Shown here piece by piece: positions 54,801 through 63,999 of a stretch of DNA of 64,000 nucleotides. Each line of letters starts with the position of its first letter. Position 1 is the first letter of the stretch. The notes below the pieces were generated by a model that saw only the letters and a list, made by a program, of their open reading frames with translations, ran no database searches and had not been told where the DNA came from. Both the position numbers and the translations under genes were made by a program. Origin of the DNA: a virus; the IMG/VR virus record IMGVR_UViG_3300013132_000036, positions 20,524-84,523 of that record; one strand, given 5' to 3'.

Positions 54801-56949
54801 TGCTTTCCTTTGAATCATTCTTTTTTATTATCTTCTCTATGAAATCATAGAATTTAGCTACATCAGGAAATCCTGTCCTTATATTATTAATTTTTAAAAA
54901 CTGATAAGTGCTTAAATACTCCGGGAAATAATTACTAAGCAATCCTCCGTTTTCTGCGTGCTCATTTCCTATTTTTATTTTTTGTTCGTCTGGCTCACTT
55001 ACTTCGGATAAAGGTTGGGATGACAATCCTTTGAAACTTATCTTGTCAGGTTTCTTTGTTTTCTTATATGGCAGAGGAAATCCATAATCGGTAACAAAAG
55101 ATAACTCAAACTGTAGTTCCCCTCTAGATTTAACAAAGTTTGTTTTGTATCTTACAGAAAAATCTTTCAAAGCTTCTAAAAAATCATACCCATAAGAGTC
55201 ATAGGCATATGATTCAGTAGTTAAACTTAATTCCAGGGGGCTTTTAAAAACTCTTTCGTTTATGTTCAGTGAAGAATTTCCTTGGCCATAAACATCAGAA
55301 GTTGCAGTGTTAGAGGGAAGGAAAGATTTTTCAACATCCTCTACCGAAACAGGAGCATTTTTTCTTTGCGCAAGTGTCTCTACCGCTGCATCAAGTAAAT
55401 CCTGAGTTTCTTGTATTTTATTTTCTATGATTGATATAAAGTTTCCTTCTATCATCACGGATCTTATGCCCTCTACATTTTCTTTAAATCTAAGTATCGC
55501 ATCAGAAACAGGCCATGATTGTGTTGCATCATTATAGGTAACAGGAGATAAACCAGCATTTATCTGATCGTTAAAAAGCTGCTCCAGATCGCTGTCGCTT
55601 AGTTCTGTATCATAAACATCCAGAAGAAATAACTCCTCAGTGAATATGTTATTATTTTCTAAAAATAAAGTCTTGTCGTTGTTATATTTTTGTATCTGAT
55701 CTATTAATTCTTTTTGGTAGATAGAAATTTGATCCTTGTAAGTCAATATAGAAATTCCTATCTGGAGATTAGTAGGATCGCCTCCTTCATTTTTAGGTAC
55801 TCTTGAAAGCCAATTATCATATAGGGATTTTTGATATTCATATATAGCTTCGTAATGATAGAGTATCTCCTCTAGATTTCTCTCTATCATTTGCCACCTA
55901 GCTAAAAGTTTTACATCTTCCTCTAATTTCTTACTTGCATCTAAAGCTGAAGAAACGCAAGCATCTATAGCATCAACATCCACGCTAGGAGGTTCTGGAT
56001 CATTAACTTCCTCTCTTTTGAATTGATAGACGGGAGGATCACAAAAATCTTCTAGAGTTTGATCGAAACCAGATTTAGTTAAAATAGGATCCCCTGTTAT
56101 AGGATCTTCTGGTATACCAGGTAAACAATCATCATCTATTATTGGATCATCCCCGTCGGGATAGAAATTAGCATCAAAAGCATCTACTCTTTCTGAAGTT
56201 GTATTTTCATCTACATCTTTAAAATCACAAGGATTTGTATTACTATTTTGGGTTTTTAAAACGCCATTTATTTTTTCTAAAGCTCCGTCTAAATTTATTT
56301 CTCCGTCCCCAATTTTAACGTGAACTATTTGCGTTCCGTTCATTATAAATTGTAAAGGGATTTCAAATCCCAGTACATTCATTTTTCTTTTCTTTCTAGA
56401 TCCTGAATTAGAAGGCTTCCCTAGTAACAATGGATCTAAATTGTCAAATATTTTTTCATTTGTTTTTTCTAAAAATTCAGGATTTTTATTTTTAAGATAT
56501 TTAACAATCCCATCCGAAGGTATTTTTTTAGAAAAACCTAGATCCCTATTACCCCCCATTTTTACTCCTAGATCCTTTTCCGAGACTGGTAGGTTATCTT
56601 TATATTCATTAGAGTCTAAAAGCTCGTTATACAGCTTAAAATCATCTCTTTTAAGGGTTTCTAAAATGATCCTGCTATATAAGTCATCGCCCTCGTATTT
56701 ACAGGCAAGATCCTCTATGTCTTTTATTGGGATAGGAGGCTTTTGTGGATTTAAGCTGTCTATAATAGAATTAACCTCTTTCTGACTTTTATCTAATTCT
56801 CTTTCGAATCCCTCCTTAGATTGTAGATCTTCATAAGGGATATTAAAATCCTGTCCACCAGATATTATATTTAATATCTCATCGGTAGACATCTCGGAAA
56901 AATCCTTACCTAATAAATCATCTATTCTAGATCCTATATTATCTGCCAT
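51847..56949 (-). CDS. Large unknown protein next to the gp5-like gene (helical, Cys cluster, Pro-rich hydrophobic segments)
   Basis: 1700-aa uninterrupted ORF; no recognised domain. Confidence 0.6.
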   Translation of the reverse strand: MADNIGSRIDDLLGKDFSEMSTDEILNIISGGQDFNIPYEDLQSKEGFERELDKSQKEVNSIIDSLNPQKPPIPIKDIEDLACKYEGDDLYSRIILETLKRDDFKLYNELLDSNEYKDNLPVSEKDLGVKMGGNRDLGFSKKIPSDGIVKYLKNKNPEFLEKTNEKIFDNLDPLLLGKPSNSGSRKKRKMNVLGFEIPLQFIMNGTQIVHVKIGDGEINLDGALEKINGVLKTQNSNTNPCDFKDVDENTTSERVDAFDANFYPDGDDPIIDDDCLPGIPEDPITGDPILTKSGFDQTLEDFCDPPVYQFKREEVNDPEPPSVDVDAIDACVSSALDASKKLEEDVKLLARWQMIERNLEEILYHYEAIYEYQKSLYDNWLSRVPKNEGGDPTNLQIGISILTYKDQISIYQKELIDQIQKYNNDKTLFLENNNIFTEELFLLDVYDTELSDSDLEQLFNDQINAGLSPVTYNDATQSWPVSDAILRFKENVEGIRSVMIEGNFISIIENKIQETQDLLDAAVETLAQRKNAPVSVEDVEKSFLPSNTATSDVYGQGNSSLNINERVFKSPLELSLTTESYAYDSYGYDFLEALKDFSVRYKTNFVKSRGELQFELSFVTDYGFPLPYKKTKKPDKISFKGLSSQPLSEVSEPDEQKIKIGNEHAENGGLLSNYFPEYLSTYQFLKINNIRTGFPDVAKFYDFIEKIIKKNDSKESIIEKIVEDRGILYGNLIEKSSSNWLFFTAEERGDNDARDPSKTRPAGFTAEGEPTPIFTDFYSNFKTKWNAKYLENKNQYINPALQNLRTQAIRAGEGLAKTLPASDVIGIRILENYFNVKKKYEQIKELMLLSAQKVDEINETINPENVGKRFSDIKCAGADTPPAEDDKENCPPVCCGEPGSDFKTDNYLLSSPPSSDCPTMFQRCWWKQFCKDVTKVGILPYPNGLPPIEDPKYFLSQGPTIRLGFKYWPVGYLPPAFIPIPIPNPIDGNPYIRIPLPMIWTIVPPILIPLPFNLGILVIFIPFIGGFMPTPMVYIKEFITGSSFFLTGIRGPRFIPRKSDPRIKDPLEKIKQVISFGVPDKLIPLPGFGLDNLDSSARVLGDIKSNITKIFDSVPPPGNIQKIRDLQEKERGLKNKIREKEREYKNKSALLDLPSPDISSETEELKSIIGQRKDALKNVISDYLNTSIPDPKSIYFPKDKDKLKIDIPGIIKSLRILKEMRASLVPVDCPDYINFKDEMREVLKLMRIVCPPKYIIQNFEVANSSKIFMRKDKDPRTMSDDEFSDLVKEIRGSSLLITSTILWGNKLSVIKKVRDGAFSVVESGEYEGVFKFPEIKITNSAPGSLKFLKKKNPIIEAMKIRIMDGLSKIEYTTEDFSRYVRYEGEDPILIIRVKDLKKLVSKKLGLSRIGPFDPVRPLDEEEPLISRFPYPKGPLSCLGSLNGGFGNAVAAFELPTVFPPKQDQLTQIPGLGGTIQITIPGSKIKSFLIEGLTKSLDAGALEKLLPEINDVNSPKFLNLEPSDIQKLSKNLVTNLINPDSPDVPPFLNVLKVPVFPPARPTDMIEQALIGLGAPPPARIVYSLFWTYFKSLPKTPLPDKIVLPVVTASSELISKIPWPLAVLIGRNVLNIINPIAMSDDHPVWRRMSLRNTYYVIYIDEFLRSAADVSGLFKFFFGSADPVYPIPELPEELNKAFNPKKY

Positions 56950-56950
56950 A

Positions 56951-57856
56951 TCATACTCCAGTTATTCCGCTAGTTCCTGACGTTCCACTGGTGCCAGATG
57001 TCCCAGATGTTCCCACATTAGGTATACCAACAGGAGAATCAGCATTAGCAGGGACGGTAGGAAAGTCTGGTGCATTTTCTCTAGTAACTCTAACAGTCTG
57101 ACTTGTTGCTAATTGTTCAAAGCTAGACGCCAAAGTTGAATTAACCCCAGGTGTGGCTGGCATTTTACTATCAACCGATATAGCTAGTTTTTTTAAAAAA
57201 TCCCAAAGAGGTTCAGCACAAACTGCCGAAAATAAAGGGGAGTGTCCAAGATTAGTTGTTTTTCCATCCATCCAAACTTCTTCAGAACTGTGTTTAATCC
57301 TAGTCACTGCAGTGTTTTCTATTTCCTGGTCTGCATACTTAGTTATTTTACCGCCTTTTAATTCTATCGATGCAGTGTCATCAGCATGTGTAATTAGTAT
57401 AGAATTATCGTTCCTAATAATTATTTTAGATTCTTTTAAATCTATAACTAATCCCTTCTCTACGGTGTAGTACATCTTTAATCTTTCTATACCATCATAA
57501 ATTAAAGAATGAGCTCCGTCGTAGCTAGCTCTGATTTCGTCTACTAAATCTGGGGATAATTCCTGAACTGCTTTGTATTCTGGACTGTAATAATTTCCAT
57601 TGTTGAATTGGACATGTACTACTGATCCTAGCTTGGGAACAGATATTCTTCCAGATCCTCCTCCTAGTCCATAGCTTTGTTCAAATCTTTGATGCGACCA
57701 TGGAAGATCAGCATCCCCTAACTCATCAAAAATACCAAATATCCTAACTTTAGCCCTTCCTTTGAATTCTGGATCTTTGTTATCTACAACTACACCCAGA
57801 TAGTGTGATATCTCAGTATTAGGTTTCTCTAGTTTATTTCTGTCTACTAATCCCAT
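56951..57856 (-). CDS. gp5: Baseplate central spike, gp5/VgrG-like OB-fold without a lysozyme domain
   Basis: GVVVDNKDPEFKGRAKVRIFG...LPW...VPKLGSVVHVQFNNGN..PEY. Confidence 0.8.
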   Translation of the reverse strand: MGLVDRNKLEKPNTEISHYLGVVVDNKDPEFKGRAKVRIFGIFDELGDADLPWSHQRFEQSYGLGGGSGRISVPKLGSVVHVQFNNGNYYSPEYKAVQELSPDLVDEIRASYDGAHSLIYDGIERLKMYYTVEKGLVIDLKESKIIIRNDNSILITHADDTASIELKGGKITKYADQEIENTAVTRIKHSSEEVWMDGKTTNLGHSPLFSAVCAEPLWDFLKKLAISVDSKMPATPGVNSTLASSFEQLATSQTVRVTRENAPDFPTVPANADSPVGIPNVGTSGTSGTSGTSGTSGITGV

Positions 57857-57875
57857 TTTTAATTATATCTAAATA

Positions 57876-60458
57876 TTACTGATTGTTTTCATTTCCTGAC
57901 GAGGGATATACTCTTCCTATATTAGATATATTAATCGGTCCGTTTGATCTTCCATATTGAGATTCGTTTATGGATTCATAATTTCTCCCGGGTGTTCCTA
58001 AATCGCTCCCTGGTACTTTTTTGTAAACATCATCATTCAATATGCTATTAACATTAGATGGAAGGTCATAAGAAGTATCATTAACACTAGGATACTCATT
58101 CTTTACTTCTTTGTATACCTCTCCTAGATTTTCCTCTTTTAAACCGGTCTCAGTATAAACCTTCTCATTTAATCCTGGATATTTATTCTCTATATCATCA
58201 TAAACATCCCCTATGTTTTCAGTAGGTAAAGATACAGGGTCCTTGTATTCTTTATCGCTTAAACTACCATATGTGTTAACCTTTTCTGGATAAACATCTC
58301 CTATGTTTTCAGAAGAAACCCCCTGAACTTCACCATATTCTTTATCACTTAAATTTCCATATGTGTTATTAGTATCTGGATAAACGCTTCCAATTTCATT
58401 AGTATTTATAACCGAAGGATCTGTATAAACATCATCATTTACTGGTGGGTATTGTCTTTCTGGTAATCCTAGATCAGAACCTGGATTATTATCATAAGCA
58501 TCTTCATTTGGCTCTGGATAGATCCTGCCGGGTACACCTAGACTGCTTCCTGGTACATTGTTATACTCATCATCCTGAGCTATAGGATATTGTCTATCGG
58601 GTAATCCTGAATCTGGTCCAGGATTGGTAGAGTAAATATCCTCATCTACCGATGGGTAAACTCTTCCAGGTACACCTGAGTCTGATCCTGGTACATTCTT
58701 ATATTCGTCTCCCCCTGGAGCAGGATATTGTCTATCAGGTAATCCTAAATCAGATCCTGGATTATTAGAGTAAACATCTCCGCTAGCAGTGCCTTGTGTT
58801 CCAGATTGGTTATTGTATGCAGTTCCTAGATTTTGCTGGTTAGGATTGGGAACTCCTAGATAAGCATCCTCACTAATAGTTGGATATTGTCTCTGATCTG
58901 GTCCTCCTAGTCCTTGTCCCTGAGGGGTATTATCAGCAAAGGGGTTAGGTATGCCCTCTTTCAACGTGTTAACTAGAGACTGAACATTTCTTGTTGCAGC
59001 TCCAACGTTAATACCACCAAACCCGTAGATATTACCTAATAAAGCACCTTGTAGTAATTGTACCCCTTGATCTTTTAGATCCGCTACGCTATTTGTTATA
59101 AAATTAGCGGCTAAGCCAGCAAAGTATTCTGAAGGATTAGCTTTATCATCGAAGGTAACTGGCTGTAGTCCTTCGGTTCCTTTGTAATCATAATCAGTAT
59201 ATGGACTTGTCTTTGATCCCCAAATATCGGAAAGGACCATAGATTTTATATTGTCTTCTTTCTTTATAACATCCGATAGAGCATTAAATTGTATTTTGTA
59301 ATCCTTAACTCTTCCTACATGTATCTTAAATTTGTTAGTAACAGCAGATCCTCCTTTGTTATCTATTGAAGCAAAGGAAGGATATGAATCATCAAAATCA
59401 AATTCGCATTGATCAAATTGGTAAATAAAAGCATATGGTCCTAATGTATACGATCCAAATTTATCCTGAGGCTCTTCTTGTGTTATTCCTAAAGCATTTG
59501 TTGATTTTTGCAATAGTCCTCCTGTATTATCTAAAAATCCAGTTTGACTATTAAAACTGTCTAGGAAATTTGCTGCTTGTGCAACGGACGGAATAGAAAA
59601 GGGATTTAAAACATCATTTATACCGTAGCTCATTTGGATATTTCTTATCTCCGAAACAACTAGCCACATTCTAAATTTTCTAAGATTCTCTGGTAACATT
59701 ACACGATGATATGTGTAGTCATATATTGCTTTTCTGTAAAGTTCAGATAAAGAAAATATTCTCATATCAATAGATTCCATACAATCTATTGTTAATGTAC
59801 CCATTCTTTGTGGCTTGCCTCCAGGCTTGTGTATATTTTTTATATCAACTTTTAGTAGCTGATCTAGTCCACTAATTGATTGGAAGTAGTAGGGACATTT
59901 TTCATTTATAAATCTTAAGCCTTTCTTAAATGATTCTAGCATTTGCTGTCTTTTAACAGATCTCTGCGCAAGGAATCTTTGAGCTCCCATGTATCCTACC
60001 CCTCCACCATTTATATTAAAGGCTCCCTGCTGTGCTCTAGAGTTTACTTTAAATTTACTTCCATAGAAAAAATCAGTATCACTATAGAAATTACCATTTC
60101 CTGATTTTTTTTCGTTCTCTTGTAGTGCTATAATATAATTGGGTAAGTCTTGTTCTGCAACTCCACTATCTCGTGCGGCACTGTTTATCTCCTTATCATT
60201 TTCTATGCGTTCGGTTGGTCTAAAAAGAGGAGAAGGGGCAAGGAAAGTTTCTGGGTCCATTATAGAAGTTTCCCCAAAATCAAAAATAAATCTAAAATGT
60301 AAATAAGTAGGATCTTCTTTTTTACCGTGCTTAGTAGTTGATACCCCCTTTAAGAAAGTTTCTCTTTGTCCGTCTACTTTTCTTTTAAGAGCATCCCCGT
60401 CGGGAATTAGCTTACTTCCTAAAGGACCGCTTTTAAAATCAGATAAAAAATTTGCCAT
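57876..60458 (-). CDS. Baseplate/tail-tube-associated protein with a long repetitive C-terminus
   Basis: EDPTYL, YYFQSISGL, LTIDCMESIDMR, LPENLRKF (tube-initiator-like), then Pro/Gly/Asp/Tyr repeats. Confidence 0.55.
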   Translation of the reverse strand: MANFLSDFKSGPLGSKLIPDGDALKRKVDGQRETFLKGVSTTKHGKKEDPTYLHFRFIFDFGETSIMDPETFLAPSPLFRPTERIENDKEINSAARDSGVAEQDLPNYIIALQENEKKSGNGNFYSDTDFFYGSKFKVNSRAQQGAFNINGGGVGYMGAQRFLAQRSVKRQQMLESFKKGLRFINEKCPYYFQSISGLDQLLKVDIKNIHKPGGKPQRMGTLTIDCMESIDMRIFSLSELYRKAIYDYTYHRVMLPENLRKFRMWLVVSEIRNIQMSYGINDVLNPFSIPSVAQAANFLDSFNSQTGFLDNTGGLLQKSTNALGITQEEPQDKFGSYTLGPYAFIYQFDQCEFDFDDSYPSFASIDNKGGSAVTNKFKIHVGRVKDYKIQFNALSDVIKKEDNIKSMVLSDIWGSKTSPYTDYDYKGTEGLQPVTFDDKANPSEYFAGLAANFITNSVADLKDQGVQLLQGALLGNIYGFGGINVGAATRNVQSLVNTLKEGIPNPFADNTPQGQGLGGPDQRQYPTISEDAYLGVPNPNQQNLGTAYNNQSGTQGTASGDVYSNNPGSDLGLPDRQYPAPGGDEYKNVPGSDSGVPGRVYPSVDEDIYSTNPGPDSGLPDRQYPIAQDDEYNNVPGSSLGVPGRIYPEPNEDAYDNNPGSDLGLPERQYPPVNDDVYTDPSVINTNEIGSVYPDTNNTYGNLSDKEYGEVQGVSSENIGDVYPEKVNTYGSLSDKEYKDPVSLPTENIGDVYDDIENKYPGLNEKVYTETGLKEENLGEVYKEVKNEYPSVNDTSYDLPSNVNSILNDDVYKKVPGSDLGTPGRNYESINESQYGRSNGPINISNIGRVYPSSGNENNQ
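58080..58780 (-). repeat. Protein-level tandem repeats: alternating 23-aa units, then ~30-aa units
   Basis: NPGSDLGLPDRQYP and VPGSDSGVPGRVYP alternate five times; then ENIGDVY...Y..L.DK.Y about four times; boundaries approximate. Confidence 0.8.
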
Positions 60459-60464
60459 ATCCTT

Positions 60465-62087
60465 TTAATTATTATATATGTCGCCTTTCAGCTTTTGTGT
60501 ATTTTCCTGAACGGTAAAGGAAACATTCTTAGCTAGGTCGTTGAAATCAGCATCGAATATTTTAGGATCTAAAGGAATAGGCTCTGAAGCTAATCCAGGA
60601 TTTAGTGCCCATTGTTTTTTTCCTAGTAGCATGGTCTGATATATTCCCTGCTCATCATACTCTACGGTAAATCCAAGTACAACATAATTACCGGAAAGGA
60701 AAGCGTTTATTGTTCTTTTATCCGGATCATTAGAAAGAGATTTTTTTTGATCCCCTACTGGACTATAACTAGAAGATGCGCTCACTTCAGGATTACCCTC
60801 AGAGAAGATTGCTACAGGAAATGTCTGTCCTCTATATAGGAAAGGTGTCCATGACCTATTTTTAACTCTAAGTATTATTTTATATGAATCATTTCTATTT
60901 AAAATATTCTGAGTGGAGGCTTGCTGGAAGTTTTCGTGTACATTTTCAAAATACATAGTTCCAACATAGGTCTTTTTTATTTCCTCCTTGTAAGTGTTTT
61001 CTCCTAATCTTCCCTTGTTCAGTGTGTCCCTAGATCCTAAATTTTTATTTGTAACAGACTCTATATCATATTCAACAAATTTATTCTTAGGCTTATCCGA
61101 AACAAGTTTACTATCATAGAACTGTATCTTTTGGAAATATCCCAGATCTTTGTTTATACTACCGGCATTTTGCTCTAAAGAAAGGTCGCTAATAAAAAGA
61201 GGAGATTTACTAAACTGTGTAGAATTTGTGAGCAATAAAGGAAATTCCACTTCGTGGGTCTCTGGCGCTCCTCCTCCAGAAAAAACATCACCAAATGAGT
61301 CAGCTCCATAAGCCATCCTCATATTTTCCAGATTGGGATTTACGTCGTCAAATTGTTTTTTTAGATTTATTAAATTTATATTGTAATATTGATCTATCCA
61401 ACAATCAAAGTAATCCTCTTCGCTCAACCAAGCATTGTTTACAATGTCTTTTATTAAAGTCTGATAATCTAGATTAGGAGATATCCAGTTCATCGAATCA
61501 TTGGTTTTTGCTTCGTTCGAAGCATACCCTAGTCCTAGATCTTCAGATATTTTTAAAAGAGCATCAGAGCTATTTCCACTAAAACTTTTACAGATGTGTT
61601 TATAAAGCTTAGGTATTCTAACCTCCGCCATTATTGTGTATGTCTGATATTTACCCGTAGAGGGTGTGTAGTCTGTATAAGGACCACCATTAAAAGGTGC
61701 TATAACTTCATTTATTATAAAGTCCATTCTTATAGGTTTAAACATTTCCCCATAAGGTCTTATGTATACAGAAACTATATCTCCGTCTTTGGGATAAGAG
61801 GTAAATATAAATTTTTGATCTATCGTTTCAAATCTAAAAAGAAGTGTGGGCTTAAATCCAGTGAGATCTAATTTAAAGTACTTTATACCACTTATTATTT
61901 CTGTGTTTATCCTAACCAAGGGGGTAGTTGATCCAAAATACTTCTTTTGTACGTTTCCGTTCTTTTGGTCGTTTAATTGGGTGTTTCCATCTTGGTTAGA
62001 AGTGTCGATCACGCTAAGTTCATCCAGAAATATATCCGGATTTCTATACTGTAATATCGCCTTCCTTATGTTTATTTCTGCAGGCAT
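60465..62087 (-). CDS. Baseplate hub protein, gp27-like
   Basis: PKDGDIVSVYI, SSDALLKISEDLGL, DSMNWISPN, WIDQYYNINLIN, FLSGNYVV; lies between LysM/gp53-like and gp5-like genes. Confidence 0.6.
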   Translation of the reverse strand: MPAEINIRKAILQYRNPDIFLDELSVIDTSNQDGNTQLNDQKNGNVQKKYFGSTTPLVRINTEIISGIKYFKLDLTGFKPTLLFRFETIDQKFIFTSYPKDGDIVSVYIRPYGEMFKPIRMDFIINEVIAPFNGGPYTDYTPSTGKYQTYTIMAEVRIPKLYKHICKSFSGNSSDALLKISEDLGLGYASNEAKTNDSMNWISPNLDYQTLIKDIVNNAWLSEEDYFDCWIDQYYNINLINLKKQFDDVNPNLENMRMAYGADSFGDVFSGGGAPETHEVEFPLLLTNSTQFSKSPLFISDLSLEQNAGSINKDLGYFQKIQFYDSKLVSDKPKNKFVEYDIESVTNKNLGSRDTLNKGRLGENTYKEEIKKTYVGTMYFENVHENFQQASTQNILNRNDSYKIILRVKNRSWTPFLYRGQTFPVAIFSEGNPEVSASSSYSPVGDQKKSLSNDPDKRTINAFLSGNYVVLGFTVEYDEQGIYQTMLLGKKQWALNPGLASEPIPLDPKIFDADFNDLAKNVSFTVQENTQKLKGDIYNN

Positions 62088-62090
62088 ATT

Positions 62091-62696
62091 CTATCTCCTA
62101 AAAATGTTCTTTTGTGCTAATTTTGTTTTTATATCAGTAACAGAAACGTTTTTCTTTGCTCTACTCCTACATTGTCCTATATCAGGTCCAAATATTAGTC
62201 TTCCCTCAGTAACAAGTATTTGTTGCTGTCCCTCTTGTAGTAAATTAGGAGGAAGGGGGACTTCTGCTAGATTAGACACGTTTTTAGCGTTAAGATATTC
62301 TAAACGATCTTTGCTAACCTGCGATATTTTATCCTGTAGCTCTTTCCTGAAAGATCTTGCTTTTTGTTTTTGGGAAGAAACAGCCTTACCACTCTGAAAT
62401 AAATCGGTAACCATTTGATCTCCTGGTACTAATAATATCTCTCCTGAATTAACACTTAATGGATTTGATATATTATTAAGTTTTAATAGGGTTCCTAATC
62501 TAGATGTGTCACCTAGATATTGCATAGAAACTAAATCAGGCCTCATTTTTGTTTCATCAGTAACAAAAGCTATTGCTTTTATAGAGTATCTTACTGCTCT
62601 AGCAACCCATGAAGGAGTTAACAGGTCAACATACCTATCCTGTGTATTAGGATTAGTAAAGAAGGGCTTATCATTTATAATATCTATTGTTAGCAT
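62091..62696 (-). CDS. Baseplate wedge LysM-type protein, gp53-like
   Basis: MRPDLVSMQYLGD...LLKLNNISNPLSVNSGEILLVP. Confidence 0.75.
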   Translation of the reverse strand: MLTIDIINDKPFFTNPNTQDRYVDLLTPSWVARAVRYSIKAIAFVTDETKMRPDLVSMQYLGDTSRLGTLLKLNNISNPLSVNSGEILLVPGDQMVTDLFQSGKAVSSQKQKARSFRKELQDKISQVSKDRLEYLNAKNVSNLAEVPLPPNLLQEGQQQILVTEGRLIFGPDIGQCRSRAKKNVSVTDIKTKLAQKNIFRR

Positions 62697-62712
62697 TTTT
62701 TATAATTTATAT

Positions 62713-63999
62713 TTAACCGCCTGGTCCCTGAGCATTAGTTTCTGTTCCTGTAAGAGGATCTATATTTTCCTCTACTATATTGTAAATGTTTTGTCCTGCA
62801 GTATTATTAACAAAGTTACCTTGAGTGTTAACAAAGGCATTGGTGGTTTCTTTGCTGCTAACTAGCTGACCTAAGTACAATCTTCCGTTACCCCTATTAA
62901 ACATAGATTCCCAATCCCCTCTGTGTCTTTGCCTTCCTGGTATAAGCTGTAATGAAACAGTCATTTCAGTTGGAAAATCATCAGGTCCTAAATCGTCATT
63001 GAAATTTATTTTTACATTGTTACAAACCAAATTACCCATCATGGCTATAGGATTTAAAGGGTTACCCACAGTCAAATGCCATTCTCCAGTTGGATAACCA
63101 CTTAACATGATTGGACTGTAGTAGATTTTTTTAAGGAATGCCTCGGATAGCATAACGGCAATCGATTTAGAAAGCTGTGTTCCCTCAAATTTAAATGTGT
63201 CAGGATTGCTTATGAATTTCTGAACATCAGCATAAACAGCAGAAACTCCTTTATTTACTTCTTCCTCTTGCGCTTTAGCTTTATTAACTTCACCAGCTGA
63301 TAACATTTTTCCCACCACATCTCTTATATAATTAATAGGATCAGTTATAGATTTTGCATATCCAGCAGGACCTCCAGGGAATCCCATACCTACTGCGGTT
63401 TGTTGTATTCTTATCTCGGGTGTCAAAAACTGTCCATAGTCAGTACCAACAGATAATACATTGGCCATTAAATCTAGAAATAACAATTTAGAATTAACCT
63501 CACCTGCAGAAGTAAGAGTATAATGAAAATTCAGGGTGAAACTATTAGTCCCTCCAGAAAATCCTTGCTGTCTAATTGCAACTTGATTTACTGTGTTTAG
63601 ATTAACGAATATTTTTTTAGAAAGCGGACCATCTGCAGTCACAGCTTCATCTAAAAGAGCTCTTTGTAATTTATTTATATTTTTTTCGGGAGCAACTATA
63701 GTACCTATCAATTTATCAAAAGCCTCTATATCTTCCGCTCCTATAGTGTTAGTTCCACTAGTTATTGCTGCTTTTATTAAATCTCCGTACGGGGTGTTCA
63801 TTAATCCAGGATCCCCAGTCTGTTCGTTTTTCATTGGTTCCTGTGTTTGTAAAGAGAAATTTAATCCTGTATCTATACCTAATATGGTACTAAGATTGTT
63901 TTGTGTTTCTCCTCCGAAAAAAGTAACTAATTGAGCAACTGGAAGAGATGTATTAAAAGCAGCATCAGTATCCTGTAATATACCTAAGTCTTTTATTGG
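62713..63999 (-). CDS. Baseplate/tube-associated protein, 5'-truncated by the window edge
   Basis: Frame stays open from the track ATG (63834) to the window end (PIKDLGILQDTDAAFNTSLPVAQLVTFFGG...); GEWHLTVGNPLNPIAMMGNL...LGPDDFPTEM. Confidence 0.55.
   Translation of the reverse strand, partial: PIKDLGILQDTDAAFNTSLPVAQLVTFFGGETQNNLSTILGIDTGLNFSLQTQEPMKNEQTGDPGLMNTPYGDLIKAAITSGTNTIGAEDIEAFDKLIGTIVAPEKNINKLQRALLDEAVTADGPLSKKIFVNLNTVNQVAIRQQGFSGGTNSFTLNFHYTLTSAGEVNSKLLFLDLMANVLSVGTDYGQFLTPEIRIQQTAVGMGFPGGPAGYAKSITDPINYIRDVVGKMLSAGEVNKAKAQEEEVNKGVSAVYADVQKFISNPDTFKFEGTQLSKSIAVMLSEAFLKKIYYSPIMLSGYPTGEWHLTVGNPLNPIAMMGNLVCNNVKINFNDDLGPDDFPTEMTVSLQLIPGRQRHRGDWESMFNRGNGRLYLGQLVSSKETTNAFVNTQGNFVNNTAGQNIYNIVEENIDPLTGTETNAQGPGG

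Noticed and set aside
52379-57470. Plus-strand ORFs up to 224 aa opposite the 1700-aa and gp5-like genes
   Set aside because: Fully antisense to long coding genes, Ser/Leu/Phe/Ile-rich shadow composition, no motifs
58080-58780. CRISPR array or DGR repeat
   Set aside because: Repeats are in-frame, degenerate at synonymous positions and have no unique spacers; no cas or reverse transcriptase gene in the window
61295-63934. Plus-strand ORFs such as 61846-62397 and 62506-62865
   Set aside because: Antisense shadows of recognisable baseplate genes; the same applies to the other short plus-strand track ORFs except 1604, 37813 and 38514
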